A stretch of 64,000 nt of DNA from a virus (IMGVR_UViG_3300012983_000002); one strand, 5' to 3'; positions 29,773-40,552 are shown, counted from the stretch's first letter. Numbers and translations: made by a program. The notes: a model not told the origin generated them from the sequence alone.

Positions 29773-30599
29773 ACGTATTTTTTACAAATTTTTCTGATGG
29801 TCTCAATAGCTTCGTCTCGCTCTTGTACTAACGTAACAATATCTTTATCTAACGCATCGATTATGGCCTGTCGGCTGAATGCGGTAATAAACCTTGTGTT
29901 CCAATCTACCATGTTAGGTACCACCCACTCAGGAACATAGGATTTACCTGTGAGGGTAGTTTTAGCAGTTTTTCTGACAGTACCTACATCAAACATAAAT
30001 TCACTGTCAGCTATACCGTCGGAATTCATGTTACGATATTTGTTTGTAATTAGCGTACCGTTAAGAAACATATACTGAGTACGCTCGTTTATTTTACTTT
30101 CATTCTCGCAAAGCTCACGCAGACTAGCAGCAGAAATCACAACACCAGGAATTTCCCGAGTAGGTCCTGGAGAGTTTTTATATATGTTAAATACCAACAT
30201 CGGCGCTGTATTGCTCATTTTAATCTCTCCGTCGTCGTACGTGATTTTAATTTTACCTGCAGCGGAGAATAACGGTATCGTAGCTACAGTTCGATAGTCT
30301 CTACACAATGCAGGAGAGCGCCATCCACGGAAATTTTTAGGATGCATGCTATAACTAGTGTCGGTCATGTAATTCCATGCTGTGCAGAATTTTCTTTTGT
30401 ACGCGGTTTCGTCTATACATGACAGTTCAGGAATGAGTGCATGAAGAGATTTTTCATAAAATTCTTTTTCAGCATAAGAGTGCATAGGCAGAGTTTTATT
30501 TGTAGGTCTCCACCACAATTGCGACCACCACTTAGGTGATACTGTTGCCATAATTTCTCGTAAACAATTGTGCGAACGTAAGTTACTGATCTGGTTCAT
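29769..30599 (-). CDS. hypothetical protein
   Basis: 276 aa ORF. Confidence 0.7.
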   Translation of the reverse strand: MNQISNLRSHNCLREIMATVSPKWWSQLWWRPTNKTLPMHSYAEKEFYEKSLHALIPELSCIDETAYKRKFCTAWNYMTDTSYSMHPKNFRGWRSPALCRDYRTVATIPLFSAAGKIKITYDDGEIKMSNTAPMLVFNIYKNSPGPTREIPGVVISAASLRELCENESKINERTQYMFLNGTLITNKYRNMNSDGIADSEFMFDVGTVRKTAKTTLTGKSYVPEWVVPNMVDWNTRFITAFSRQAIIDALDKDIVTLVQERDEAIETIRKICKKYV

Positions 30600-30738
30600 T
30601 TTATAAAATTAATTAATAAGATTAGCAAGGGAAACTATAAGAATCCAAATAAGATACCACATTAATACTGTACCTCCCAGTAACACACTGATCATGGAGA
30701 GAATAATAACACAGGGCAGGCAACCTGTTATTTGTATA

Positions 30739-31029
30739 TTAATTTTCTTCATTGTTATAAAGAGCTTTTCTCATAAGTTCATCAGAGAGAACTCTAAGAA
30801 TACAGTTAACAACAAACATACATATGCCTCCCACACAGCTTAATATCATTATGGCTCGTGCTATTTTTACGCACAAAGGGGCTACACTGTACGACGAAAG
30901 TAACATTACTACAAAGGCGGATAGAAGTGTAAACAGTCCATTCACAAGAATGGCGGTTGATACTTTGCTGATGGTATAATACACAGCGGTAGATACAGAA
31001 AGTACAGGTATGGATGTTTTAGAGTTCAT
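30739..31029 (-). CDS. hypothetical membrane protein
   Basis: Two hydrophobic segments. Confidence 0.6.
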   Translation of the reverse strand: MNSKTSIPVLSVSTAVYYTISKVSTAILVNGLFTLLSAFVVMLLSSYSVAPLCVKIARAIMILSCVGGICMFVVNCILRVLSDELMRKALYNNEEN

Positions 31030-31141
31030 ATTCTTCTAAGTCAATTGGATTACTACTTATACCAGCGCACTGACACTGGAGATATTCTTCATCAAACGCA
31101 TTTGCGTACTCCCATCTGTAATACTCGTCGTCGTTCATTTG

Positions 31142-31387
31142 TTAACAAATACATCCTAGAAGAAGAAGCACATCGAAACGCTCTCCTTCTTTATCTGAAT
31201 AAACTTTAAAATCTTCGCAAATTCCTCGTACTCCGTAGTTGGTACGTAACTGTTTGCTTATGGCCCGGATAATACCTCTTCTAGACTTGTCCTTTAGCCC
31301 AGGTAAGGCTAGGGTCTCTATATACGAAGGGAGGACACGGTCAGTGTCCTCCCAGTTGATTTCGTTACATCTTACCCAAGTGTTCAT
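31142..31387 (-). CDS. hypothetical protein
   Basis: 81 aa, coupled to the RNase H stop. Confidence 0.6.
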   Translation of the reverse strand: MNTWVRCNEINWEDTDRVLPSYIETLALPGLKDKSRRGIIRAISKQLRTNYGVRGICEDFKVYSDKEGERFDVLLLLGCIC

Positions 31388-31896
31388 GTTTTTGCTATGT
31401 GATCTACTGATTCTTGTGATTGTATGTAGTCCGCCATTACTAATCTAAATCCACTTGCCAAACGATCCGACAGACTGTGTAACATATTAGTCTCTCGCTT
31501 TATCCATTTAGCCTCTATATCAAATCTATCAGAATACCAAGAATATCTAGCCCACAGATCCCCATGCTTGCTTGAGTCGTATACTCCATTTATTACGCCT
31601 ACCAAATCTTCTCTGTCTGATATGATCAGAATAGTAGGCTTCTTCTTGGTTTTAGTTGATAACTTTCTCTTAACCATCTCAAAATACACATGGACTCTAT
31701 GAAGTCCTTCAAGGATTGCTGTGAGCTCTGCTCGTGTGGTATTCATACAAGAACTTCCACCAACGACACTTGTATAACTTATATCTGGGTGCTGGATGGA
31801 TAAAATATTAGCAGCGTACCCTCCGCAGTGGGCACGCTCGCCTTTTCCCGATCCGTCCGTGTATATATAAAACTCGTAATCTCTATCCACAGACAT
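31384..31896 (-). CDS. rnhA: ribonuclease H
   Basis: IYTDGS, TRAELTAILEGL, ISDRE, HSLSDRLA. Confidence 0.9.
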   Translation of the reverse strand: MSVDRDYEFYIYTDGSGKGERAHCGGYAANILSIQHPDISYTSVVGGSSCMNTTRAELTAILEGLHRVHVYFEMVKRKLSTKTKKKPTILIISDREDLVGVINGVYDSSKHGDLWARYSWYSDRFDIEAKWIKRETNMLHSLSDRLASGFRLVMADYIQSQESVDHIAKT

Positions 31897-32363
31897 TATT
31901 CTCCAGGAAGTCCTACCATACTCAGACTATGCTGCGGCATATTTGCAATTCCTGCGGTCTGACTTCTGATATAAGACAGTGGGTTATTTGTATTGGTAGA
32001 CGAGTCGAACAGGTCATACGCATCAGCGTTCACTGGCGCAAAAATATTTTGCATAAACGCTGTCTCAAACCTGCTGGGAGCGTCAGACAGTAATCGTGGA
32101 TGTAGGATAGCGTTCAATCTATGCACACCCTCGTTGTCTGACACTACTCCGTTCTTTGTTCTTAATTTTACTGTGTACTCTAATACGAGATCATTATCTC
32201 CTATATTATGAGCATCTTTAGATAGCAGAAAATCTACCTTCTCTTTAAGCTTTACCAGCTCAGCTACTGGGACCTGACTTAAATCGATTTCTGAGATATT
32301 CGACTCGAGCTGATTCTGCCTCTGTGGTGCCGGTGGTTTCGCTGTCTGTGGTTTCGCTGGCAT
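31896..32363 (-). CDS. hypothetical protein
   Basis: 155 aa ORF. Confidence 0.7.
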   Translation of the reverse strand: MPAKPQTAKPPAPQRQNQLESNISEIDLSQVPVAELVKLKEKVDFLLSKDAHNIGDNDLVLEYTVKLRTKNGVVSDNEGVHRLNAILHPRLLSDAPSRFETAFMQNIFAPVNADAYDLFDSSTNTNNPLSYIRSQTAGIANMPQHSLSMVGLPGE

Positions 32364-32493
32364 GTGTATTTACTTCTGTAGTATTAGCCTGTTTGACTGG
32401 CTCCCAGGCGATATTACCGAACCGTGCCGCAGGGAACTGATTCGGTTTGTACTTTAGAATGTTATTAGGTGATTTACTTTTATTACGCGACAT
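32260..32493 (-). CDS. possible small hypothetical protein
   Basis: 77 aa; overlaps the next gene by about 100 nt; fills the space up to the divergent terL-N. Confidence 0.35.
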   Translation of the reverse strand: MSRNKSKSPNNILKYKPNQFPAARFGNIAWEPVKQANTTEVNTHASETTDSETTGTTEAESARVEYLRNRFKSGPSS

Positions 32494-32555
32494 AATTGTA
32501 TATATTGTTATAGTGCGTTTACAAGCGCATAATCCATGTACGTCTATTTTAAACT

Positions 32556-32990
32556 ATGACCTCGGCAATTTATAGTGACCTATACAAAGACCTTACCACG
32601 AACCCAGACTTCTGTAATAAAATATCCAAAATACTTAAGGATATAGAATTAGCAGATAAAGCTGGCAACATGGAGGCAGCAAAGCAACATGTACAAGACC
32701 TTCTTGTAGCGTGCAACTTTAACGCCAGTCTCCTGGTTCCTTATTTCTTTCCGAGGTTTCCGGAATTTGAACCTATGACGTTATGGACTAGACCTCACTC
32801 ATTCTCTATGATGGGTCTGACTCTTCTTGGATCTCTTACCGTACAAGCTAGTCGCCAGATAGGTAAATGCGTTGACGGTAATACTGAATTACAAGTTAAG
32901 CTTAACGGATCCGAAAAAAGGCTTACTATCAAAGAATTATTTAATCGCAGTAAGAAGGAGGTAGCGTGTTCTCCGGAGCAGGCGGAATAA
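32556..32990 (+). CDS. terL: terminase large subunit N-extein (104 aa) plus split intein N-part (40 aa)
   Basis: TVQASRQIGK (Walker A) followed directly by intein block A CVDGNTEL...LTIKELF, then stop. Confidence 0.9.
   Translation: MTSAIYSDLYKDLTTNPDFCNKISKILKDIELADKAGNMEAAKQHVQDLLVACNFNASLLVPYFFPRFPEFEPMTLWTRPHSFSMMGLTLLGSLTVQASRQIGKCVDGNTELQVKLNGSEKRLTIKELFNRSKKEVACSPEQAE
32868..32987 (+). mobile_element. split intein, IntN (40 aa)
   Basis: Cys1 at 32868, CVDGNTELQVKLNG...LTIKELFN. Confidence 0.88.
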
Positions 32991-33099
32991 TGCTGTAAGC
33001 TATGTTGGTTGCTGTTACGATTGCGATTGTGAGCGAGGTTAATTTAAACATGTGTTGCAAAATAAATTAAATATTTGGAGTTAATTGTTAGTATTACTG

Positions 33100-33324
33100 T
33101 TAGCACCAAATAAGGGCGAAGCGGTCCTCCGCATCCCTAATGATCCTGTCACGCACAGCGCGTGCTTTCTTAACGTCTTTTGTCTTTAATGAGAAGCGCA
33201 GTCTACTCTGAGTAGGACCATCCCATACTGTAAGATGACACCACCAAATGTGTCCGTTCTTAAACAGATTGTGATTTTTATTACTAATTGTTGATCTCTT
33301 CCTTAAGACGATTGTTTGTTGCAT
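33100..33324 (-). CDS. small basic protein, possibly an integrase arm-type DNA-binding domain
   Basis: KNGHIWWCHL...RLRFSLKTKDVKKARAVRD pattern. Confidence 0.4.
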   Translation of the reverse strand: MQQTIVLRKRSTISNKNHNLFKNGHIWWCHLTVWDGPTQSRLRFSLKTKDVKKARAVRDRIIRDAEDRFALIWC

Positions 33325-34496
33325 TATAGTGTTTGTCCTTTGAAGTTAATACGAACCATCCAGCTCTCAGTACCTTCTAGCACAGTAGACTTGATGGGTT
33401 CTTCCAGTTCGTTGCTAAACTTATTAAATGTATCGGCAATAGCTGCCAACTTGGTCAGACCAATACCGATGAGAATCAAATAAACAGAATTACCTTCTGT
33501 ACACTTCACAGGCACGGTGTAGTGCGAAGTATTGTTAAGAATAACAGACAAATCCCCATGCGCTTCTTCGCAAATTCGTATAAGTTTTTCCGAAGCATAA
33601 TTGCTATTAGCTTCAATAATATCCACGTCGAATACGCGTACACCTTTTTCTACATGCAAATAGAACTCGCAAGCACCCTGGCTATCCGGCAGTTGATATA
33701 CTTCAATCTTACACGGAGTATTCTTTATTTGTCCGAGACGGTCGGTAAGTAACTTCTTAATCTCCTCAATATATACAGCAGGAGTTACCGCTGCAGACTC
33801 GGGAGAAATTACTACTTTACCATCAATGGTACACATATTAGTCGATGCGTCATATGCAGGAGTAAGTTCCAAACCTGTAACCGCAAACGGACACTTACAC
33901 AAATGTGCAGCTTCTGTAATAGCAGCCATTGTAAGCCAGGTGATGTGTGTAGTCTCCTTAGTTGCAGCCGTAGTAAGTCTTTGCTTGGATTGCTCCGTGA
34001 GGTCTACACGAACCTTAGCAAGAGGCCCAGTAAACATAAGACTTTCACCTCTTGTAAAGCGGCAATTAATGTTATCAGGAATCATCTTGTACAGATCCAC
34101 TGGAAGAGAGTGCTTGTCTAGGAAGCATAATGTTATTGCAGCGCCAGACGCATCAGCTATAGAAATTACATTCTTTTCAAAGTTAACAACCGCGTCCCTA
34201 TCTCCCGGCGTGAATGTGCAAGTACAAGCGTCTACAGTACTTGTGAACTTTAAAGCATCATCTTGTACACTATAGGTCACAACTTCATTCTGTCCGAAGC
34301 GATTAGACCCAAGAATAGTAGCCTTACTTTCAGGGAACATGCGTGCGATGGTATCTATGATAGCCAGTACTTCATCTCGCGTCACTCTGATCTTGCCTGA
34401 CTTATTATTGTTAGTGCAAAGATTTACGCGCTTACCTTCCTCGTTAATTTTGAACGGTCCGATTGTCATATGTATTAAATGAGTTAGGGGTACCAT
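33324..34496 (-). CDS. hypothetical protein
   Basis: 390 aa ORF. Confidence 0.7.
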   Translation of the reverse strand: MVPLTHLIHMTIGPFKINEEGKRVNLCTNNNKSGKIRVTRDEVLAIIDTIARMFPESKATILGSNRFGQNEVVTYSVQDDALKFTSTVDACTCTFTPGDRDAVVNFEKNVISIADASGAAITLCFLDKHSLPVDLYKMIPDNINCRFTRGESLMFTGPLAKVRVDLTEQSKQRLTTAATKETTHITWLTMAAITEAAHLCKCPFAVTGLELTPAYDASTNMCTIDGKVVISPESAAVTPAVYIEEIKKLLTDRLGQIKNTPCKIEVYQLPDSQGACEFYLHVEKGVRVFDVDIIEANSNYASEKLIRICEEAHGDLSVILNNTSHYTVPVKCTEGNSVYLILIGIGLTKLAAIADTFNKFSNELEEPIKSTVLEGTESWMVRINFKGQTL

Positions 34497-34535
34497 CCAG
34501 ATGGACGGTACCCCGATTAATGTTGTTAGGTGATG

Positions 34536-35132
34536 TTATATTACTGAATCAAAATTCATATCAACCTCAATACGCTTTCTCGATGCAAGATAATCGCATG
34601 CGTGAACAAAGCGCTGTAGCTTTGTCACTGGGATGGGAAGTTCTGTTCTGGAGAACTTATTTGTATTCCATTGTCCCATGTGTGATCTTATACAACCGGC
34701 AATAGTATCTACCACAGCAGGATCTATACGCACCCTGGGACAGTTGAAGGCTTGAGCGAAATTAATCCACTCATCTGCCCCAACCATCGGGTGCTCGAAA
34801 ATAGTCCTACTGTTGTTGGGTGGAAGTCCTTGCTTGCAGAAATCGTGCATAGCTAGGGATGCGTACACAATATCCTGGTCATTAGGATCCTGGATAGTAC
34901 TGATAATAAGCATATCCTCTGCTAACAACATTGCGGCAATGGTATGACGCACCAGTCCACCCTCACCCAAGGCGTAGGTGGGGTGGTACTTGCCTGAAGA
35001 TGATGCAGGTACGGTCCAGAAATAGTGATCTGGATCCTTGGTCATAAAATCTATAACAGCTTTGCTAAGTTCTGCGTTCTTAATACGAAATCTAATAAGC
35101 GTAATTAGTTTATCTTTATCTGTAATACTCAT
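34536..35132 (-). CDS. HD-domain phosphohydrolase
   Basis: YHP...GGLVRHT, AMHDFCK, EHP, HMGQW, HACDYLAS. Confidence 0.88.
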   Translation of the reverse strand: MSITDKDKLITLIRFRIKNAELSKAVIDFMTKDPDHYFWTVPASSSGKYHPTYALGEGGLVRHTIAAMLLAEDMLIISTIQDPNDQDIVYASLAMHDFCKQGLPPNNSRTIFEHPMVGADEWINFAQAFNCPRVRIDPAVVDTIAGCIRSHMGQWNTNKFSRTELPIPVTKLQRFVHACDYLASRKRIEVDMNFDSVI

Positions 35133-35136
35133 AACT

Positions 35137-36681
35137 TTAAATACATTCTAAACGTTTAATATGTGAGGGATGACGCAGCTTCTTGAGTGCTTTTGCTTCG
35201 ATCTGACGAATACGTTCTCTGGTAACGTCGAAACATTTACCAACATCTTCCAGGGTCTTAGGTGTTCCGTCCTCATCCAGACCGAATCGCATCATGAGGA
35301 TAGCCTGTTCCCTTTCGGTAAGAGCTTCCTTGAGTACAGCTCGAAGGTTTTCTTTAACTACCGTATCAGCTGCAGCTGTAGAGGGGCAGTCTGCAGAATC
35401 GTCCTCTATGAAATCCTCCATAGTAGCATCATCGCTTGAACCTACTGACATCTGCATCGAGATCGGTTGACGTGCTACACTGAGTAGACCCTTTACCTTG
35501 CCGGTAGGAATATCAACTACTTTAGCGATTTCTTCCACAGTAGGTTCCTGCTCTTCTCCCACAGTAAGTTCGTTCCTGGCTGTAGAGATTTTATTAATCG
35601 TCTCTACCATGTGTATAGGAACCCTGATAAGGCGCGACTTGTCTGCTATCGCGTGAGTGATAGCCTGACGTATCCACCACGTAGCGTAAGTGGAGAACTT
35701 GAACCCGCGCTGATACTCGAACTTATCCACAGCCTTCATGAGACCGATATTACCCTCCTGGATCAGATCCAGTAACGGCATACCTTTATTGGTATACTTC
35801 TTAGCAATCGAGATTACCAGACGCAGATTTGCCTTGATCATTTTTTCTTTCGCTCTTTGCTGCGCTTTTACCAATTTGAGGTATTTTGCCGCTTGAGGGT
35901 ACAGAATGCAGTGCGGTGTACGATGCTTCAGCTCAGACGATACAAGTACGTACGCTGCTTCTGGGGTTACTTTGTTAGACGACTCGATATAGACCTCTGC
36001 TTCTATCAGGCGTACCATTTCGGCTTCTAAATACTGCCGAAGTTCGTTTTCTATCTTTTCGTTAAAGTCCAGCGGAGCTACGATCTGGTACAGTACATCA
36101 GGCCCACAGCATCCCCAGAAATCAGGATCGTTATTCACAGTATTATACAAATCCTCCAGAGCCCTCTTAGCGTAGGCAAAATCCTCGCTCATATCACGCT
36201 CTTCAAGGTTTCTTATAAGTGAATCGTATCTACGATCTCCAGAAATAATAGATTCGAGAAGTTCCTTATAGAAATTTACAGCACCAAAGAACTCAAGAGA
36301 TGCTATAAATACAGCACTTGTAGCGTCTTCGATCTCTTTAGCTATAATGATTTCTTCTTCTTTATTAAGGAGCTCTGTACCGCTAACAGATTGCAGATAT
36401 GATTTGGTAGCGTCAGGAATACCCTCTTTAAGGTCTGGGCATAAATTCTCTTTACAGATTTCATCCCCTTCCTCGCACTCTTCGTTACATTCCTCGCAGT
36501 CTGTGCAATCTTCTTCTGGCTCGTCGTCAGCATCAAATTCTCCGGCTACTTCTTTTTCAAATGCTAAGAAAGGAAACCTCAGCGGGGGCATCGCGGCTAT
36601 ACGCCTCAACTCCTCCATCTGCGCTCTAGTTCTTCTTCTACGTTTTGTTTTCATAGTCGTATTACTTGATGTCATTTGCAA
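35137..36681 (-). CDS. rpoD: RpoD-like primary sigma70 factor
   Basis: Region 1.2 [16 protein letters not shown]; region 2 [13 protein letters not shown]...[38 protein letters not shown]; region 4 [28 protein letters not shown]. Confidence 0.95.
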   Translation of the reverse strand: MQMTSSNTTMKTKRRRRTRAQMEELRRIAAMPPLRFPFLAFEKEVAGEFDADDEPEEDCTDCEECNEECEEGDEICKENLCPDLKEGIPDATKSYLQSVSGTELLNKEEEIIIAKEIEDATSAVFIASLEFFGAVNFYKELLESIISGDRRYDSLIRNLEERDMSEDFAYAKRALEDLYNTVNNDPDFWGCCGPDVLYQIVAPLDFNEKIENELRQYLEAEMVRLIEAEVYIESSNKVTPEAAYVLVSSELKHRTPHCILYPQAAKYLKLVKAQQRAKEKMIKANLRLVISIAKKYTNKGMPLLDLIQEGNIGLMKAVDKFEYQRGFKFSTYATWWIRQAITHAIADKSRLIRVPIHMVETINKISTARNELTVGEEQEPTVEEIAKVVDIPTGKVKGLLSVARQPISMQMSVGSSDDATMEDFIEDDSADCPSTAAADTVVKENLRAVLKEALTEREQAILMMRFGLDEDGTPKTLEDVGKCFDVTRERIRQIEAKALKKLRHPSHIKRLECI

Positions 36682-37384
36682 AGTTTAAAATTCCGTAAGT
36701 ATCGATAGTGCCTTGAGTACCGCACTCATACTTACAACTAATGTCGTACTTAACTTCGGCCGGCAAGATTTCTCGCACAGCCAATGCCAGCTGGCGAATC
36801 TGCGCCTGAGCTGCTCCACTACAACGTTCTCTAAGAATATACCTCAGCTCTCTCAGATTAGTAGTGATGCCTATCTGCGTCTTGCATGCGTTGGGTAGAA
36901 CGGCTCTGGCCTCCTCTGGCCTTCCTTTACTTACAAGATACATGTAAGTGTCGGTGGCCTTTTCTAAGTGATCCAGAAATGCTTGCTTAGCTTCGTCGCT
37001 CCACGTATCGAACCAGATAGGTTTGATATATTGCACCTTACTGTTAAATTTACCAGACGAGTAGTTACAATAACGCTGAGACTCCTGAGAGAATGAACAT
37101 AATCGATGACGTACTAGCTGGTGAGTTACGGCTCTATCTGTTGTAATGATGGCAGATAGGGAACAGTGTTCCAGGACACTTTCGTGATGCTTGCCGATAA
37201 GCATACTTACGAACTGCATTGTCTTTTCCTCAGAGTAATTATCAGCTGGGTTTTTGTCAGCGCTTTGCCAGCAGATTCTTCCCATTGTTTCTACTTTTCT
37301 CAGTCCGCTTTTAAATTCTTCAGGCGTAGTGAGAACAGTAATGCTCTGATTAATAAGCTCAAAATTTTTTCCTACAATACTCAT
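36662..37384 (-). CDS. thyX: FAD-dependent thymidylate synthase
   Basis: [29 protein letters not shown]; start moved to ATG 37384 because the extension overlaps tRNA-Asn. Confidence 0.95.
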   Translation of the reverse strand: MSIVGKNFELINQSITVLTTPEEFKSGLRKVETMGRICWQSADKNPADNYSEEKTMQFVSMLIGKHHESVLEHCSLSAIITTDRAVTHQLVRHRLCSFSQESQRYCNYSSGKFNSKVQYIKPIWFDTWSDEAKQAFLDHLEKATDTYMYLVSKGRPEEARAVLPNACKTQIGITTNLRELRYILRERCSGAAQAQIRQLALAVREILPAEVKYDISCKYECGTQGTIDTYGILNFANDIK

Positions 37385-37418
37385 GTCTATATTTATTCTT
37401 TGGTTATTACAAAAATGT

Positions 37419-37488
37419 GCACGCCGGTCTGAATCGAACAGACGTCTCCCGGGTAACAGCCAGGGCTTTGCCACTAAGCTACAGCGTG
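37419..37488 (-). tRNA. tRNA-Asn(GTT)
   Basis: Cloverleaf, loop CT-GTT-AC, TTCGATT. Confidence 0.85.
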
Positions 37489-37581
37489 ATTATTACAAAT
37501 TAACTAAATAAGAGATACAGCAAAATTGCTATGCCTACGGCGGATAGAACCTCCATAAGAGTCACCAAACCTATAAATATT

Positions 37582-38160
37582 TCAAGGTTTCGAGTCTGAC
37601 TTGCTTCTCTGATCATCTTCAGGAACATAAAGCGTTTTACCGTATTCTTTGTAGTTTGTTGTTATGGTGTCTGTGTAATACTTATTATGACACTCACATT
37701 CAATATGTCCACTATGAATTGATAAATATTTTTTAAGTGTATTCCACCACTTAACAATAGCGTCCAGGTTTTCTACATCTCTTAGTCTGCCGTGGAATGT
37801 TATATGCCACACCAGACCGTAACACTCATCCATAGCTGGGGATACTGTCAGCTGTAAAGGACCCTCTGAGCCCGTAGGGAATGCTAACGCTTTACTATCC
37901 GCGTCCGACATTGCTATTATCTCATCATCCACGAGCTCTCCATCTTTAAACCACCTTGCGTATAAAGTAGGAGGAAGCACATAGCGATCGCCGCGAGCCC
38001 AGGCCCACTTCTCTCGATTAGACGTAATAAGCCTAGCAACCCAACAATGAGGATCTTCCATGTACTCTGGGAAATAATCATCGTCGTGCTTATACTTACC
38101 CAGTCGAGGTATCTCTGGAGCAACTACTAAATAACCTGACGCTTCTGCCCAAAAACTCAT
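37582..38160 (-). CDS. hypothetical protein
   Basis: 192 aa ORF. Confidence 0.7.
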   Translation of the reverse strand: MSFWAEASGYLVVAPEIPRLGKYKHDDDYFPEYMEDPHCWVARLITSNREKWAWARGDRYVLPPTLYARWFKDGELVDDEIIAMSDADSKALAFPTGSEGPLQLTVSPAMDECYGLVWHITFHGRLRDVENLDAIVKWWNTLKKYLSIHSGHIECECHNKYYTDTITTNYKEYGKTLYVPEDDQRSKSDSKP

Positions 38161-38283
38161 AGTAATTTGTTGTTGTTAAAGAATTCTTCAAGGATTTTTT
38201 CAGCTCTAGCTGCAGCAATTATTGCGCAAATAGCTCCTATAACCAACACCACCCCTAATACTGCGAACAATATTACTAAAAAA

Positions 38284-38619
38284 TTAAATAGGCAACTTCC
38301 CATATAGTTCTATTTGTTGTGTGTTTAGTTTTCCATTACGTATAGCGGCGTTAATAGCGTCGTTTCTCAATTCTCGCTGGCGCGTAGACCATTCCTCTTG
38401 TGCTGTAGGCGACACATAACACATTATTAATACACTTACGATAAGAATTACTGTAGTTATAATTGCACGATATACACTCAATGCTGGCGTTTGACGAAAC
38501 TCACACATAGCTGCATTAATCATGGCGACACTACCCGCAGTAATCACGACAATGAGGAATACCAGAAATCCAGGAGGCATAGTTATAGTAGAGTTATTAT
38601 GTTCTTCCTGGATTCCCAC
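38284..38619 (-). CDS. hypothetical membrane protein
   Basis: Two hydrophobic helices. Confidence 0.6.
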   Translation of the reverse strand: MGIQEEHNNSTITMPPGFLVFLIVVITAGSVAMINAAMCEFRQTPALSVYRAIITTVILIVSVLIMCYVSPTAQEEWSTRQRELRNDAINAAIRNGKLNTQQIELYGKLPI

Positions 38620-39731
38620 CAGGCATTTTCTTTATTCCAGTCATAGTGATTGCCGGTATCCTTTGTTCCATCTGGATATGTCTTATGCTCTATCCAGGTT
38701 CCGTCAGGATAGTGACCTATACCTATTACGGAAAGATCTGCACCGCGTTCCAATAACCATACAGCTGCAACAACACCAATAGACGCGTGCTCTTGTCCAG
38801 TGGATTCTGCAGCTCTAGCAAGCATTTCCCTGGGTAGATTTATATCATCATTAGTAGTAAGTACGTGTGATGGGCATGAGGGACATTCGTCTATGAATGC
38901 AGCCTCATTTCGCTCGTGTCTTAGTATGGCTAAATCTGTACGTGTACCTACGTCTTCTGGGTCGCCGTAGTAATGGTTCAGACGAGCAACAATGTCCCAC
39001 TCGCCTGAATCTATACGTTGACCTAGCTTGCGGCCTACTAAGTCTTTACCAGAACCTATTAGCAGTACTTTTTTATTTCTTACAACAAGTGGTTGTTGCG
39101 TTGTTGAATCTAAAATAGCATCTGCCCACATAGCCGAGAGTGCAGGAGGGAGTTCCTGTCTGTAATCTATATCAACAATTCCCCAGCTGGAGTTTGTGCG
39201 TAGAACTTTATGCTTACAAGAATGGTCGAATATAGCGCCAACGTTACCAGGCTTCCAGGCGTACAGTTGTCCGTTTAGTTTGAATATGGATTCTTTGTAG
39301 TCGCGATTATTTTTACAGGTCCAAGCCCCGTTCTGTACTATCTTTCGCCAGGTATCTTCAACGTGTACGGATGCCGTAATGCAGCATTCGTTTCCTGCTT
39401 TAATACAATCCGCAGCCCTCTTAAGAAGATATTGTTCTCGTATAGGTTGTGTTACTTGTAATAGCACACACACATCACCATCAGCAGGCTGGATTAACGC
39501 TTCTGCATATTCTAAGTCAGCGAGATGATCTTTGCATGCTGTAGGTATATGTTTCCATTTTTTAGGAAGTACAAGGGGTAACTCGCTTCTTTTACCTACA
39601 GTATATACAGCCACCTCGTCATCTATATACGCAGACTCGTTAAGTAACCAAGTTATAGTGTAGGGTGCTAAAAAGCGATTCTTTCCAGGAAATCTTGTAC
39701 TTTCCTTTACTGTAATAAATACATGTATCAT
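38583..39731 (-). CDS. NeuA-like cytidylyltransferase fused to a GT29 sialyltransferase-like domain
   Basis: STRFPGKN, LLQVTQPIR, LNGQLY, VDID; C-half LIGSG..L.G..LG..ID...DIVARLN...DVGTRTD, SIG..A...LL...LSVIG, H....E. Confidence 0.7.
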   Translation of the reverse strand: MIHVFITVKESTRFPGKNRFLAPYTITWLLNESAYIDDEVAVYTVGKRSELPLVLPKKWKHIPTACKDHLADLEYAEALIQPADGDVCVLLQVTQPIREQYLLKRAADCIKAGNECCITASVHVEDTWRKIVQNGAWTCKNNRDYKESIFKLNGQLYAWKPGNVGAIFDHSCKHKVLRTNSSWGIVDIDYRQELPPALSAMWADAILDSTTQQPLVVRNKKVLLIGSGKDLVGRKLGQRIDSGEWDIVARLNHYYGDPEDVGTRTDLAILRHERNEAAFIDECPSCPSHVLTTNDDINLPREMLARAAESTGQEHASIGVVAAVWLLERGADLSVIGIGHYPDGTWIEHKTYPDGTKDTGNHYDWNKENAWWESRKNIITLL

Positions 39732-39891
39732 TTATTAAGTTTGACAGATGTTGTCCAGCATATAGGTAGGTTAAACTTTTTGCTACCGTCTATAGATGTA
39801 AACTCAAATAAATCCCAACCTACCCACTTCACACATACAAGGACTTCTCCATTGTATGTTACTGTTTTTCCTATAAAGCTTTGTTGCATAG

Positions 39892-40083
39892 TCATTGGTA
39901 AGAGATTGATGTGAATTGTCGATAATCAGGATAATCAAAAAGGCAGCTGAGTTCTTTTCTCAGCTGCCTTTTAAGTCCTGCTCTGGACATCTGTTTCTCT
40001 TTCTCGCTCCGTAATACCCTACTTCCTGTATTACCTCGTACTATTACGCGCGCCTTATAAGGCACTGTTGTTTTATTTTTCAT
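39892..40083 (-). CDS. small basic hypothetical protein
   Basis: 63 aa ORF. Confidence 0.5.
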   Translation of the reverse strand: MKNKTTVPYKARVIVRGNTGSRVLRSEKEKQMSRAGLKRQLRKELSCLFDYPDYRQFTSISYQ

Positions 40084-40102
40084 AGGTCTTATTATATGTT
40101 AA

Positions 40103-40552
40103 TTACTTCTTACTAACACATTTGTGGATAACCCACACAGGTACTGCTATTATACTTATCAAAATTACTATAATGCTAGCGATAATTATCTGATTTACTG
40201 CCGGTAGTGTGCAGAACTTATAAATTATTTCCCCACACGTTACTAAACATATTACGTAGAAGAGAGAAATTAATAAGAAAAACAGCCATTTATTTACGAC
40301 GTCACTTATAGTTACACTGCGCTGATTCTTTAGAGTTTTAAGATCATCTATCAAGTTCAAGATAGGAAAGAATAGTATCGAAAACAGACAGGAGTCTACG
40401 ATACGTTTTTTTAGTGTAGGTTTAGCCGGTCCACAAAGTAACTCAACGTACTCTTCGCACGTAGCGGAAAGTTCATCTAATTCTTTACTCATTGATCTTC
40501 TTTTTGTTTTTAAAGATGTAATAGATAATCTTAGGAGCGCTGATATGCACAA
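40103..40552 (-). CDS. hypothetical membrane protein
   Basis: Three hydrophobic segments; likely start MSKELDE. Confidence 0.6.
   Translation of the reverse strand: MCISALLRLSITSLKTKRRSMSKELDELSATCEEYVELLCGPAKPTLKKRIVDSCLFSILFFPILNLIDDLKTLKNQRSVTISDVVNKWLFFLLISLFYVICLVTCGEIIYKFCTLPAVNQIIIASIIVILISIIAVPVWVIHKCVSKK

Noticed and set aside
33324-34496. Sliding clamp (DnaN-like) call
   Set aside because: Only size and one weak helix resemble it; needs structure prediction.
37385-37474. N-terminal extension of ThyX
   Set aside because: Overlaps tRNA-Asn; ATG 37384 fits better.
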